From positions 19,352 to 83,351 of the forward strand of contig JAIXVU010000002.1 in the NCBI GenBank assembly GCA_027482685.1: a stretch of DNA of 64,000 nucleotides, in the 5' to 3' direction. A program made the translations under genes and the position numbers. The notes under the pieces are model-generated. The model was not told the DNA's origin. It worked only from the letters and a program-made list of their open reading frames with translations, and did no database searches. The stretch comes from a bacterium. GTDB taxonomy: Bacteria > Patescibacteriota > Minisyncoccia > Phycocordibacterales > UBA5272. Below are positions 10,257-19,877 of this stretch, in pieces. Positions within the stretch are counted from its first letter, which is position 1; each line of letters starts with the position of its first letter.

Positions 10257-11030
10257 ATGAAAGTTGTACTACTAGCGGGTGGGTTAGGAACACGATTAAA
10301 TGAAGAGACTCAGGTAAAACCGAAACCAATGGTAGAGATAGGTGGTAGGCCAATACTTTGGCATATCATGAAGATATACGCTCATCACGGTTTTACTGAA
10401 TTTGTTATTTGTCTTGGATACAAGAGTCATTATGTAAAAGAGTGGTTCAGTGATTACTTCTTGCACAATAGTGATTTTACATTAGACATGAAAGATAATA
10501 CTATTACGTATCACAAGACAGCAGAGGAGAAGTGGAAAATTACATTTGTTGATACAGGGCATCTAACTATGACAGGTGGGAGAATAAAAAGAATCCAAGA
10601 ACATATCGGAAATGAGTCATTCATGATGACATACGGGGACGGTGTTGCAGATATCGATATCAAGAAACTTGTTGATTTCCACAAAAAAGGAAAGCGAATT
10701 GCTACGATTACATCTGTACTTCCTGAAGGAAGGTTCGGAACTATTTTTTCTGATAAGGATTACTTGGTTACATCATTTAGTGAAAAGACTGATAACAAGA
10801 ACAGGGTCAACGGAGGTTTTTTTGTGTTTGAGCCGAAAGTGTTTGACTATATTCTTAATGGCGATGAGACAATTTTTGAAAAAGGCCCGCTTGAACAACT
10901 TGCAAAAGATAATCAGTTGCAAGCATACCATCATGATGGGTTCTGGAAGCCAATGGATACGTTAAATGATAAGAATAAACTAGAAGAAATGTGGAATAAA
11001 GGGGGCGCACCGTGGAAGATATGGGATTAA
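10257..11030 (+). CDS. rfbF: glucose-1-phosphate cytidylyltransferase
   Basis: 257 aa; MKVVLLAGGLGTRL...KPMVEIGGRPILWHIM is the classic RfbF/DdhA N-terminus. Confidence 0.8.
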   Translation: MKVVLLAGGLGTRLNEETQVKPKPMVEIGGRPILWHIMKIYAHHGFTEFVICLGYKSHYVKEWFSDYFLHNSDFTLDMKDNTITYHKTAEEKWKITFVDTGHLTMTGGRIKRIQEHIGNESFMMTYGDGVADIDIKKLVDFHKKGKRIATITSVLPEGRFGTIFSDKDYLVTSFSEKTDNKNRVNGGFFVFEPKVFDYILNGDETIFEKGPLEQLAKDNQLQAYHHDGFWKPMDTLNDKNKLEEMWNKGGAPWKIWD

Positions 11031-11048
11031 TCTTATTGCATCACTTGA

Positions 11049-12833
11049 ATGAAAAATACCACACAATCTAAAAAGCTATATTCAGAAGTAATTGTAGATT
11101 TTTTGGTAGAGAAAAAAATCACTCATGTATTTGATCTAACTGGTGGCATGATTGCGTTTATTGAAGATGCTATCAGCAAGACAAAAGGCATTGATTGTGT
11201 ACCTGTTCATCACGAACAAGCAGCAGGATTTGCAGCCGAAGGCTATGCAAGGAATGGGAATAATTTTGGGGTAGCAATTGCTACAAGCGGGCCAGGTGCA
11301 ATGAACTTAATGACGGCAATCGGTAGTTGTTATTTTGATTCTGTTCCAACGTTATTTATAACAGGTCAAGTACATACCGATAATATCAAGAAGAATAGTC
11401 TTGTACGCCAAGAGGGGTTCCAAGAAACTGATGTGGTAACTATCGTAAAGTCTCTCACTAAATATGCAGTACTAGTAACTGATCCTAATCAAGTTCTCTA
11501 CGAACTTGAAAAAGCACATTATATTATGAAACAAGGTCGTCCAGGACCAGTGCTTGTTGATATACCGATTAATATACAAAGAACTTTAGTAGACAGTAAG
11601 AACGCACAGCATTTCTATGGTTCAAAGGAACATAAGAAAATGGAATCAGAGAATTCTAAGCTCTATAAAGAGATTGGTAAAACAAAAATATCAGTATTTC
11701 AAAAATTATTAGAAGAGTCTAAAGCGCCTCTTGTTCTTGTGGGTAATGGTGTTAGATTATCTCAAACAACGAAAGAACTTGCGATGTTTGTGAAGAATAA
11801 TAATATACCAGTTGTAGCGTCTCTAATGGGGCTTGATACATTTTCAAATACAAAATATTTTGTCGGGTACATCGGTTCTAATGGTAACAGGCATGCCAAT
11901 ATAACGTTTGCAAATGCTGATCTTATAATTGTTCTCGGCAGCAGATTAGATATCAGGCAGACAGGGGATCCTAAATTTTTTAATCAAAGAGCAACTATTA
12001 TTCATGCAGATATTGATGCAAGTTCTATCGACTATGCAATTCCTGCAAAGATATCTTTTAATACGGATTTACCTCATTTCTTTTCTGCTACGAAACATAT
12101 AAAAACTCCAGTTAAAAAACCTTGGGTGAATTTTATCAAACAGGTAACAAATGCTTTTGCTCGACCGTTGGTATATGGTAATGAGATAAATCCAAATACA
12201 TTTTTTACCGAACTTTCAAATGCAAGTTATCCTGATTCAACTATTGTTGTTGATGTCGGCCAAAATCAACAATGGTGTGCCCAGTCGTGGACTGTAAAAA
12301 ATAATCAGAGGCTTCTATTCTCAGGTGGAATGGGCGCAATGGGGTTCGCATTACCTGCTGCAATTGGTGCATGGTACACCAATCAGAAATCTCAAGTCAT
12401 TGTCATATCTGGAGATGGGGGTATACAGATCAACATTCAAGAATTAGAAACTGTTAGTAGAAATAAAATACCAATGAAGATTTTTGTATTGAATAATAAA
12501 TCTCTTGGCATGGTTCGTGAGTTTCAAGATTTGTATTTTAATAAAAACTATCAGTCAACAGTGAAGGGGTATGGTAATCCGGATTTCAAGAAACTTGCAG
12601 GAGCATATGGGATTGATTATGCTCTCATAAAAAAGATTTCAAATAACGATTCTAATCTCAAAGATATACTTGCAAGTAGCAGGCCGGCACTTATTGAAGT
12701 TGAGATACCAATAACTGCTAAGCTAGAACCGAAAGTAGTCTACGGGCATAAGCTTGATGATCAAGCTCCATATCTTGATCAAGCGCAGCATGACTTTTTG
12801 GAACAATTAAAAGCCAGGCTGTATACTTTATAG
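11049..12833 (+). CDS. thiamine-diphosphate-dependent enzyme (acetolactate-synthase large-subunit family); candidate CDP-sugar C-branching enzyme (YerE-like)
   Basis: 594 aa; N-terminal Pyr domain, and a GDGG...NN ThDP-binding motif (ISGDGGIQINIQEL...VLNNKSLG). Sits immediately after ddhB/ddhA like yerE in Yersinia yersiniose clusters. Confidence 0.7.
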   Translation: MKNTTQSKKLYSEVIVDFLVEKKITHVFDLTGGMIAFIEDAISKTKGIDCVPVHHEQAAGFAAEGYARNGNNFGVAIATSGPGAMNLMTAIGSCYFDSVPTLFITGQVHTDNIKKNSLVRQEGFQETDVVTIVKSLTKYAVLVTDPNQVLYELEKAHYIMKQGRPGPVLVDIPINIQRTLVDSKNAQHFYGSKEHKKMESENSKLYKEIGKTKISVFQKLLEESKAPLVLVGNGVRLSQTTKELAMFVKNNNIPVVASLMGLDTFSNTKYFVGYIGSNGNRHANITFANADLIIVLGSRLDIRQTGDPKFFNQRATIIHADIDASSIDYAIPAKISFNTDLPHFFSATKHIKTPVKKPWVNFIKQVTNAFARPLVYGNEINPNTFFTELSNASYPDSTIVVDVGQNQQWCAQSWTVKNNQRLLFSGGMGAMGFALPAAIGAWYTNQKSQVIVISGDGGIQINIQELETVSRNKIPMKIFVLNNKSLGMVREFQDLYFNKNYQSTVKGYGNPDFKKLAGAYGIDYALIKKISNNDSNLKDILASSRPALIEVEIPITAKLEPKVVYGHKLDDQAPYLDQAQHDFLEQLKARLYTL

Positions 12834-12835
12834 TT

Positions 12836-13732
12836 ATGAAATCGATAGCAATTCTAGGTGCAACCGGGTATATTGGAACATCCTTGTCTCGCGAGTTTGC
12901 AATGCAAAAAGAAACAATAGATTTATACCTATTCTCTCGCTCACAAGAAAAGATTTTGAGTCTGAAGGAATCTATTAAAGAGCTAGGGGAACAGTCTAAT
13001 AATTATTTTTATTCTAAGGACGTATTCCACAATCATACCTACGATGTCATCATTAATTGTACAGGAGTGAGTGACCTTACCACACTCACTGAACAACCCG
13101 ATCAGATTATCGACATCACTGAGAGTATGGATATTATAATCCTCGAATACCTTAAGAAGAAACCAGATACAATGTATATCAACATGAGTAGTGGTGCGGT
13201 ACATAACACGCCAGGCGCTGGCTCATCCACTATGACTCCAGCAGACTTTTATACTTTCGCAAAAAAAGAAGCAGAGAAGAAGCATCGCTCACTCGGTAAT
13301 CTTTCTATCGTTGATATCCGCATCTTTTCTTTTTTTAGTCGTTATGTTAATCCGAAAAGTCACTTTTTAATGTCAGAAATAGTTGATTGTATAACTAATA
13401 ATAAAGTTTTTGAAACAAGTGGTGAAGATATTATTCGTGACTATATTTCGCCGCATGATTTATGTGCACTCATTCTTTGCATTATCAACAAAAAGAAAAT
13501 AAATGATGCTTATGATGCATATAGTAAATCTCCAGTTTCTAAATTTGAAATACTAAATTTTTTAAAAGAAAAACACGGGCTTGTTTATAGTATTAAAGAA
13601 GGAACTATAAAAAATGGGTTATCTAAAAACGATTATATTCCAAAAGATAAGAAAGCAAATACACTAGGGTACGACCCGGTGTTTAGCTCACTTGAAAGCA
13701 TTAATCATGAGATTAACGCACTTCTGAAATAA
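12836..13732 (+). CDS. NAD(P)-dependent SDR oxidoreductase (candidate 4-keto reductase, YerF-like)
   Basis: 298 aa; GATGYIG Rossmann motif, YTFAK (YxxxK) catalytic dyad; the stop-start overlaps the ThDP-enzyme gene (coupled). Confidence 0.55.
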   Translation: MKSIAILGATGYIGTSLSREFAMQKETIDLYLFSRSQEKILSLKESIKELGEQSNNYFYSKDVFHNHTYDVIINCTGVSDLTTLTEQPDQIIDITESMDIIILEYLKKKPDTMYINMSSGAVHNTPGAGSSTMTPADFYTFAKKEAEKKHRSLGNLSIVDIRIFSFFSRYVNPKSHFLMSEIVDCITNNKVFETSGEDIIRDYISPHDLCALILCIINKKKINDAYDAYSKSPVSKFEILNFLKEKHGLVYSIKEGTIKNGLSKNDYIPKDKKANTLGYDPVFSSLESINHEINALLK

Positions 13733-13739
13733 TCTGGAA

Positions 13740-14732
13740 TTATTTACCAGCTTTTGCTTTCTCTACTTGCTCCTGTACCCAGGTGTACATGATAGCCATC
13801 CCATCTTTCAGCGAGAAGTGAGGTTTCCACCCAAGTTTTTCTTCAATGAGTTTATTGTCAGAGTTTCTTCCTCTCACACCAAGGGCTCCAGGAATATGCT
13901 TTAGGGTTAATTTTTTCTCAGCAATTTCTGCAGTCATCTCTACCAGCTCATTAATCGTTACCATTTCGTCAGAACCGATATTAACAGGACCCATAAAATC
14001 AGAATCCATTAGTCGTCTGACGCCTTCTAGACATTCATCAATAAATAGAAATGATCGTGTTTGTCTACCATCACCCCAAACTTCCACCTCACCACCATCT
14101 GCTGCTTCAGCAACTTTTCTACATACTGCAGCTGGTGCCTTGTCTCGTCCACCAGTCCACGCTCCTTCTGGTCCAAAGATATTATGGAAACGTGCAATGC
14201 GCACATTCATGCCATAGTTTCTATGGTAAGAGAGATACATGCGTTCACTGAAGAGTTTTTCCCATCCATATTCACTATCTGGTGCTGCTGGATATGCTGA
14301 AGCTTCTGCACAGTTCGGGTTCTCTGGATCGAGCTGGTTGTGTTGTGGGTAGATACAAGCGGACGAAGAATAGAAAAGTTTTTTTATTTTTGCGATATTA
14401 CCGTAATGAGCAACGTTGAGATTTATTTGAGCTGAATTATGTACTACATCAGCATCATGCTCACCCGAGAAAATATATCCAGCACCACCCATATCAGCAG
14501 CAAGTTGATACACTTCATCAAATGGTTGATCAAACACAGACTCGCATATCTTCTGATCACGTAAATCTCCAATGATAAATTCATCAGCAAGGGTCTCACT
14601 ATATTCTGGTCGTTTGATATCAACAGCACGTACCCAGAATCCTTCTTTTTTCAATCTCGTAACCAGATGATTTCCAATAAACCCTCCACCTCCAAGAACT
14701 AGTGCTGTTTTCATAAAAATGTGATTATTCAA
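13740..14732 (-). CDS. gme: GDP-mannose 3,5-epimerase
   Basis: 330 aa; strong similarity to plant/bacterial GME: ADMGGAGYI, ARFHNIFGPEGAWTGGRDKAPAAVCRK, SFLFIDECLEGVRRLM, HIPGALGVRGRNSDN. The real start may be the internal MKTALVLGGGGFIG. Confidence 0.8.
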   Translation of the reverse strand: MNNHIFMKTALVLGGGGFIGNHLVTRLKKEGFWVRAVDIKRPEYSETLADEFIIGDLRDQKICESVFDQPFDEVYQLAADMGGAGYIFSGEHDADVVHNSAQINLNVAHYGNIAKIKKLFYSSSACIYPQHNQLDPENPNCAEASAYPAAPDSEYGWEKLFSERMYLSYHRNYGMNVRIARFHNIFGPEGAWTGGRDKAPAAVCRKVAEAADGGEVEVWGDGRQTRSFLFIDECLEGVRRLMDSDFMGPVNIGSDEMVTINELVEMTAEIAEKKLTLKHIPGALGVRGRNSDNKLIEEKLGWKPHFSLKDGMAIMYTWVQEQVEKAKAGK

Positions 14733-14817
14733 TTAATTATACAGAAAACACAATGTTAATCAAGTCCAAAAATAGCACCATGATACAATATAATTTATCA
14801 ACAATATAAAGTAATAT

Positions 14818-15273
14818 ATGAAAACACCACACAGACTCTCTGATGAAGATTTCGCACATATTTATAGCATGGTGCCGAGATTAAATGTGGATCTTATTGT
14901 ACGCACAGCAGATGGTGGGGTTGTACTCATTAAAAGATCAATAGAGCCACATATCGGTGCATGGCATGTCCCAGGGGGTACCGTGTATAAAGAAGAAAGA
15001 ATGTATGAGGCTGCTGTTCGCGTGGCAAAGAATGAAACTGGTTTTGATGTTGTCGTTGATAAACAACTAGGCTTTATGGAGTTTCCATTTGAAAAGCGTG
15101 GCGATTTAATGATTCATACAATAAGTATTGTAATTGAGGTAAAAGTAGTGAGTGGCGAATTAAAGCAAGACACTAATGCGAAAGAAATTAATATATTTTA
15201 TAAACTCCCAGAGGAAGATGGTATTCCAGAGCACTTTACATTTTTACAAGAGAATGGAGTTTTTGAAAAATAA
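14818..15273 (+). CDS. NUDIX hydrolase (GDP-mannose mannosyl hydrolase-like)
   Basis: 151 aa; Nudix box GGTVYKEERMYEAAVRVAKNETG. Confidence 0.6.
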   Translation: MKTPHRLSDEDFAHIYSMVPRLNVDLIVRTADGGVVLIKRSIEPHIGAWHVPGGTVYKEERMYEAAVRVAKNETGFDVVVDKQLGFMEFPFEKRGDLMIHTISIVIEVKVVSGELKQDTNAKEINIFYKLPEEDGIPEHFTFLQENGVFEK

Positions 15274-16134
15274 TTAGTAACTTTCTTTCTTAAAGAAGCG
15301 CGTTGAATCTTTTTGCATTGCATCTACAATTTGAGCGATACCCGTTTCTATACTTGTTTTTGGTTTCCAGTAGTTTAATATAAAGTCATTAGGTTCATTT
15401 CTTTTATCTTTTTGTACTTCATCTTTTGAGATTGCTGGGATTATCCTTGATCCAGGGAAATGTGAAGCGATTATGTTTGCAACATTGAGAATGTTTGTCC
15501 AATCAAAATTGGTGATATGGAGCTCTTTATCTCGAGGGATCTCGGAGTATTTTTCAGATAGTGTTACTAGCGCTTCACAGCAGTCATCAGCAAAGAGGAA
15601 CTGCCTCTCTTCTGTTCCATCGGTTAGAAGGTCAATCGTACTCGTATCATGTGCCTTTATAATAAGGTCAGTTATCACATGGGACTTATCTAGATCATGT
15701 TCCACCCCATACACATTCCAGAACTTCACGATAATACCGCCTAATATTTCGGTATATGATTCACCGACTGCTTTTAATCTGCCATAACTTGAATATGACA
15801 TGTTTGACATTTGGCTAGACGCAAAGATGAAAGGCTTTTTGTATTTGTGTAGTACATCAAACGTGTGAGTCATTAACTTCATGTTATTGCCGATGAAGTC
15901 TGGCGTTTGTTGATAGATTTTCAAATATCGTGACCCTCCAACATCAAACGCTAAAAAGAAAACAAAATCAGCTTGTGCAACGAGTGTATCTAGAAGGGGG
16001 TTGTTATAGATACGAAGGTCTTGTTCAGGGGAGTTCACAATATCAAACTCAAGCACATCATGCCCTTTTTGTTGTAAAAAGCTCGTAAGTGCTGCACCCA
16101 CTTGTCCTTCTGATCCTAATACGAGGTATTTCAT
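15274..16134 (-). CDS. NAD-dependent epimerase/dehydratase family (RmlD/Fcl-like reductase)
   Basis: 286 aa; GSEGQVG (GxxGxxG), YGRLK (YxxxK). Confidence 0.55.
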   Translation of the reverse strand: MKYLVLGSEGQVGAALTSFLQQKGHDVLEFDIVNSPEQDLRIYNNPLLDTLVAQADFVFFLAFDVGGSRYLKIYQQTPDFIGNNMKLMTHTFDVLHKYKKPFIFASSQMSNMSYSSYGRLKAVGESYTEILGGIIVKFWNVYGVEHDLDKSHVITDLIIKAHDTSTIDLLTDGTEERQFLFADDCCEALVTLSEKYSEIPRDKELHITNFDWTNILNVANIIASHFPGSRIIPAISKDEVQKDKRNEPNDFILNYWKPKTSIETGIAQIVDAMQKDSTRFFKKESY

Positions 16135-16222
16135 AATGCTATTTTATAGATAATTAGTTTAACTGTACTATTTTTTTTACTTTATTGCAAAGATTTTTAT
16201 TGAATGTTACCCTGTTAACACC

Positions 16223-16711
16223 ATGATTATTCAATACAACGATTTAGCAAAAATTCGTGATATACACAAGGATAAAAAAATAGTTTTCTGTTCAGGGAGT
16301 TTTGATTTGTTACATGCGGGGCATGTTCTTTTTTTTGAGGAATGCAAAAAATTTGGTGATATTCTAGTGGTTGCAGTTGGGGATGATTCTATTATAAAAA
16401 TAAAAGGCAGTAATCGCCCTATCTTGAATGAATACATTAGGATAAAAATGGTTGACTCATTAAAAGTAGTTGATTTTTGTTTTAAACATAAAAATGTTCC
16501 TGGTGCTTTTCTTAACCAGTTTATGCTGGAAGTGTTAGAGTTACTTCAGCCTAACACGTGGGTTATTAATGCAGATGCAAGTGAAATAGATTTTAGAAAA
16601 GAGTTGGCAAAAAAATTTAATGTAGATATACATATTTTAAATAGAGAGTGCCCACCTGAGTTTGAAGAAATTTCAACTTCAAATATTATAAAAAAAATTG
16701 CAAATATGTAA
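16223..16711 (+). CDS. cytidylyltransferase-like nucleotidyltransferase (HldE domain II / RfaE-II / TagD-like sugar-phosphate nucleotidyltransferase)
   Basis: 162 aa; GSFDLLHAGHV...FGDILVVAVGDDS...KGSNRPI matches the RfaE-II/HldC pattern. Confidence 0.6.
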   Translation: MIIQYNDLAKIRDIHKDKKIVFCSGSFDLLHAGHVLFFEECKKFGDILVVAVGDDSIIKIKGSNRPILNEYIRIKMVDSLKVVDFCFKHKNVPGAFLNQFMLEVLELLQPNTWVINADASEIDFRKELAKKFNVDIHILNRECPPEFEEISTSNIIKKIANM

Positions 16712-16807
16712 GTGTAGTCCGGAAATACTCATGATCTACAAAATAAAAAAACTGCATTCAAGTCAAAGGACATGCCTCTGGTCTTGAATGCAGTATCGAA
16801 GAGTTCT

Positions 16808-17554
16808 TCAGCTCAATGAGAGCCGGCCCAGCTTCCGGAGGGCGGCATACGTGACATCGCGCGCGCAGCTCTCGATGGCGAAACCGGGATTGTCTTCCCA
16901 CAGCTTGTCGGACTCGATGAGCGTTACCCATTCGTTGAGTGGGAAGAGTATCATGGCGAGATGTTCCGTACTGTCGAACTTCGTCGGCCCCTTGATCATG
17001 GTTTTCTTCATGATGCCGAGGTATGGAAAGCATTGCACGTGGGAGTTGCGCACAGTGCTCCACACTCCGTTTGAGGAGGAGAGTGGAATCAAGTTTTCAA
17101 GCTCGGTTCCGGTCTCTTCCTTCCACTCGCGGAGGCCGGTGGCATGCATTGTTTCTGCCATGCTGTTGAGGGCAATTTCGGCCTTGTTGGGGACGCCGCA
17201 GATCGGCACGATCGTGATGCGATCGTTGCCATGCTTCCATTCGGCGGTGACTGGTACGTACTCGTTGCCGTCTTCGTCTTTGATTAGTGCGAAGACGCAG
17301 GCGTACGGCTTGAAGTGCGTTGTGAATCCGTCGAAGGTTTTGCCGTCATAGGGGTTCTGGTGCTTGATCGCGTAGGTCTTGGGAGCGAAGCGGTCGTAGT
17401 CAGCACGCTCACTTGGCGTCGCCGTCTCAAGGAACGTGGTGAGGGGGATTGCCTCTGCCAACTTCGACCAAGGCTTGATGTCCAGGGAACGGATGCTTTC
17501 GAAGCACGTATTCGCCGAGAGTACAGGCCAACCAAGGTATTGTTTCGAGTGCAT
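16808..17554 (-). CDS. NUDIX-fold hydrolase, compositionally foreign (GC-rich)
   Basis: 248 aa; high GC; Nudix box E-x7-REWKEETG (ETMHATGLREWKEETGT). SD GGAGG 6 nt upstream; TGA stop. Several overlapping GC-artefact ORFs on both strands. Confidence 0.4.
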   Translation of the reverse strand: MHSKQYLGWPVLSANTCFESIRSLDIKPWSKLAEAIPLTTFLETATPSERADYDRFAPKTYAIKHQNPYDGKTFDGFTTHFKPYACVFALIKDEDGNEYVPVTAEWKHGNDRITIVPICGVPNKAEIALNSMAETMHATGLREWKEETGTELENLIPLSSSNGVWSTVRNSHVQCFPYLGIMKKTMIKGPTKFDSTEHLAMILFPLNEWVTLIESDKLWEDNPGFAIESCARDVTYAALRKLGRLSLS

Positions 17555-17789
17555 AGATATCCTCCAGTTTTTCCGTAGTGGGACTTGGTTTATTGCAGAA
17601 ACTCTTGCAATATGAGGGTCAAAATAGCAATCTTTAATATATTAGCATTTTTTTTATTAAAAGTCAATACTTCATATTTTAACCCTTGCACTCACTGTGT
17701 ATTTTTAGTAGAGTTTTTGGTGGATACTATAATAAGCAAAAGCATCTCGCTTAAGCGTTGTAGTAGTTCTTCAATATGGAGGATTTGTC

Positions 17790-18266
17790 ATGAATGGTCC
17801 AACAAGATCAGTGATTCCTTGCGACAAGATTCCTACGCCTCCCTTGGGCTACAGTATTCGGCTCGTCGACCAGTTGATCAATTCCTTCAGAGGGAGTAGC
17901 TTCGTCTGGAATAAGTTGACTCAAGAAGACATGCTTGGTATTCATCCAAGGCAGATGTCAGGCGAGTATGTTGCAGGAGCTGTCCTTTGCGAAGAATTCC
18001 ACAAAGCTTCGTTCTACAAGGATCACCAACTTCTTCCAGTAAATGTACTGTTGTGGCTCTTGGATAATGTCGATCAGATTCCATCAGGCTATGAAGGGAA
18101 AATCATTCCATTCTGGGGCACTGTCTTTAAGCAAAATGATATCCCTGTGATTGTCGTGCCATGTCTTGATTGCCGGCAGGGCAAGTCACGGATGGCAATG
18201 CTTCCCACTGGCGGACTTTTTGGCCCTGAAAGTCCAGCTGCTTTCACTAAGGTACTAAGAGTGTAG
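17790..18266 (+). CDS. hypothetical protein (moderately GC-rich, with SD)
   Basis: 158 aa; GGAGG 7 nt upstream of the ATG; no recognisable motif. Confidence 0.3.
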   Translation: MNGPTRSVIPCDKIPTPPLGYSIRLVDQLINSFRGSSFVWNKLTQEDMLGIHPRQMSGEYVAGAVLCEEFHKASFYKDHQLLPVNVLLWLLDNVDQIPSGYEGKIIPFWGTVFKQNDIPVIVVPCLDCRQGKSRMAMLPTGGLFGPESPAAFTKVLRV

Positions 18267-18311
18267 CCTCTCTTACAATCAAATACCCAGCGCGCAAGCG
18301 CTGGGTATTGT

Positions 18312-19079
18312 TCATTTCAATAGTAATCGTACATATCTTACAAGTATATATACTAAAAAAGTAGGATGGGAGAGGAGGTTTTTTCCTGCACCTTCATAAG
18401 AGAGCTTGGCGATAGATTCAAATCGTTCACCGCGTGTTCGCTTTCGGAAGTTAAGCCCAGATGATTGATTATACCCATCAGAGATTGTACTGTTATGATC
18501 ATGATAGTACATCTTTTCATGTATTCCTATCTGATAAAAGTAAATCCACTCCTCACCTTGTTTAACCGTTTTTGAAAATGTGGCACTTGTTGCAAGTTTG
18601 GTTTCGATACAGTGTGTTGCATCTCCTTTGCCACGTCTTAAAAGTAAATAATCACGAGCATATGAATAGGAGGTATCAGGTTTAGGAAATTTAGTTATAG
18701 GGGTACCATCTTTATAGGCACGATTAGTCAGTATCCATCGTTTGTTAGGATTAGTAAGAATAAGATCATGTAATGTCTGTAATGTATCTGGTGCAAAGTA
18801 ATCATCATCATCTAAAAAGATAACCCATTTAGAATCCGCAGAAACACTCTGCAAACCTTTGTTCCTACTGTAATTAACTCCACGATTCAGATCGTTTGTC
18901 TTATAGATAATACGTGAGTCATTAATTGAAGAGACAAACGGCACGTAGGAAATATCACCTGGAGAGTCATTAATGATTATTATCTCCCAGTTTTTATATG
19001 TTTGTCCAATGAGGGAATCAACCGCACGGACGAGTGTATCGGCACGCCTATAAGTTGGAGTAATAATACTGAAACGCAT
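18312..19079 (-). CDS. glycosyltransferase family 2
   Basis: 255 aa; MRFSIITPTYRRADTL...IIIINDSP; DDDD motif at VIFLDDDDYF. Confidence 0.7.
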   Translation of the reverse strand: MRFSIITPTYRRADTLVRAVDSLIGQTYKNWEIIIINDSPGDISYVPFVSSINDSRIIYKTNDLNRGVNYSRNKGLQSVSADSKWVIFLDDDDYFAPDTLQTLHDLILTNPNKRWILTNRAYKDGTPITKFPKPDTSYSYARDYLLLRRGKGDATHCIETKLATSATFSKTVKQGEEWIYFYQIGIHEKMYYHDHNSTISDGYNQSSGLNFRKRTRGERFESIAKLSYEGAGKNLLSHPTFLVYILVRYVRLLLK

Positions 19080-19118
19080 AATTGTAGAATAGCATGTGCC
19101 CAGGCTGTACTATATAGT

Positions 19119-19817
19119 TTATACAAAGCCGAACATTTTTTTGAGTACTATTTTTATACCGAGCTTTTCTGTTATTTTCTTGCCCAGTTTGTAAATCCCT
19201 ATTTTTTTAAATAGTTTATTTAGTGGAGAACCCCACGAGTAATGCCAGAGATGAATACCGATAACATCAGGTCCCATAGGTTGCCCACGGTATTCTTGTA
19301 TATGTTCGCTATCAAATGGGTAGAAGGTTTTTGGTGGGTATACCGTTATACGCTCTTTATTTGTGTATGTCGCAAAGATATCAGTGAGCACTCTTGGAAT
19401 AGTAATAAGCTCACGTGGATTATCATCATAAAACTTTTTACAGTCATAGATAAACGGATGATGCTTCTCCGCTCCTATCATGCCAGCACTTATGACTCCA
19501 ACAGACTCTTCACCTAGCGCGCAATCACTTGCTGTAAGAGGTTCAAGTGACTGCACAAGGAGCATGTCAGTGTCTAAGTAGAAGCCTCCATGATCATAGA
19601 GAATCTGTAGTCGTGCGTAGTCAGAGACGAATGCCCATTTTTTTTCGTTATACATCTTGCTTGCAAATGGATATTTCTCAACAGGGAAGTTGAGTTCATT
19701 CCACTCAATAATCTCAAACTCTGGGCAGAGAGTCTTCCAGCTTTCAATACAGTCTAAGATATCATCATTCTTTTTAGTTTCTCCAAACCAGCAATAATGT
19801 ATAGTTTTAGGAATCAT
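19119..19817 (-). CDS. glycosyltransferase with DXD sugar-binding motif (GT32 / Och1-like)
   Basis: 232 aa; IPKTIHYCWFG N-terminus and YLDTDML DXD motif typical of GT32-like transferases. Confidence 0.5.
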   Translation of the reverse strand: MIPKTIHYCWFGETKKNDDILDCIESWKTLCPEFEIIEWNELNFPVEKYPFASKMYNEKKWAFVSDYARLQILYDHGGFYLDTDMLLVQSLEPLTASDCALGEESVGVISAGMIGAEKHHPFIYDCKKFYDDNPRELITIPRVLTDIFATYTNKERITVYPPKTFYPFDSEHIQEYRGQPMGPDVIGIHLWHYSWGSPLNKLFKKIGIYKLGKKITEKLGIKIVLKKMFGFV

Positions 19818-19877
19818 ATGAAATGTATATAGAGTATACCATCATGCTATACTGACTCCATTATTTTACTAAGCGCT

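Noticed and set aside
14051-14300. Small + strand ORFs inside gme
   Set aside because: Antisense to a strongly conserved GME sequence; composition artefact of the slightly GC-richer gene.
16758-17578. Multiple overlapping ORFs on both strands in the GC-rich island (16758-17063 -, 16788-17351 +, 17284-17535 -, 17315-17578 +)
   Set aside because: High GC suppresses stop codons in all frames; only the 248-aa minus-strand ORF has a recognisable (Nudix) motif and a proper SD.
18312-19079. Alternative genetic code (UGA recoded, as in Gracilibacteria/Absconditabacteria)
   Set aside because: Long housekeeping ORFs (gyrA, glyQS, hisS) are intact under the standard code; the TGA ending the GT2 gene is immediately followed by a hairpin terminator, so TGA behaves as a true stop.
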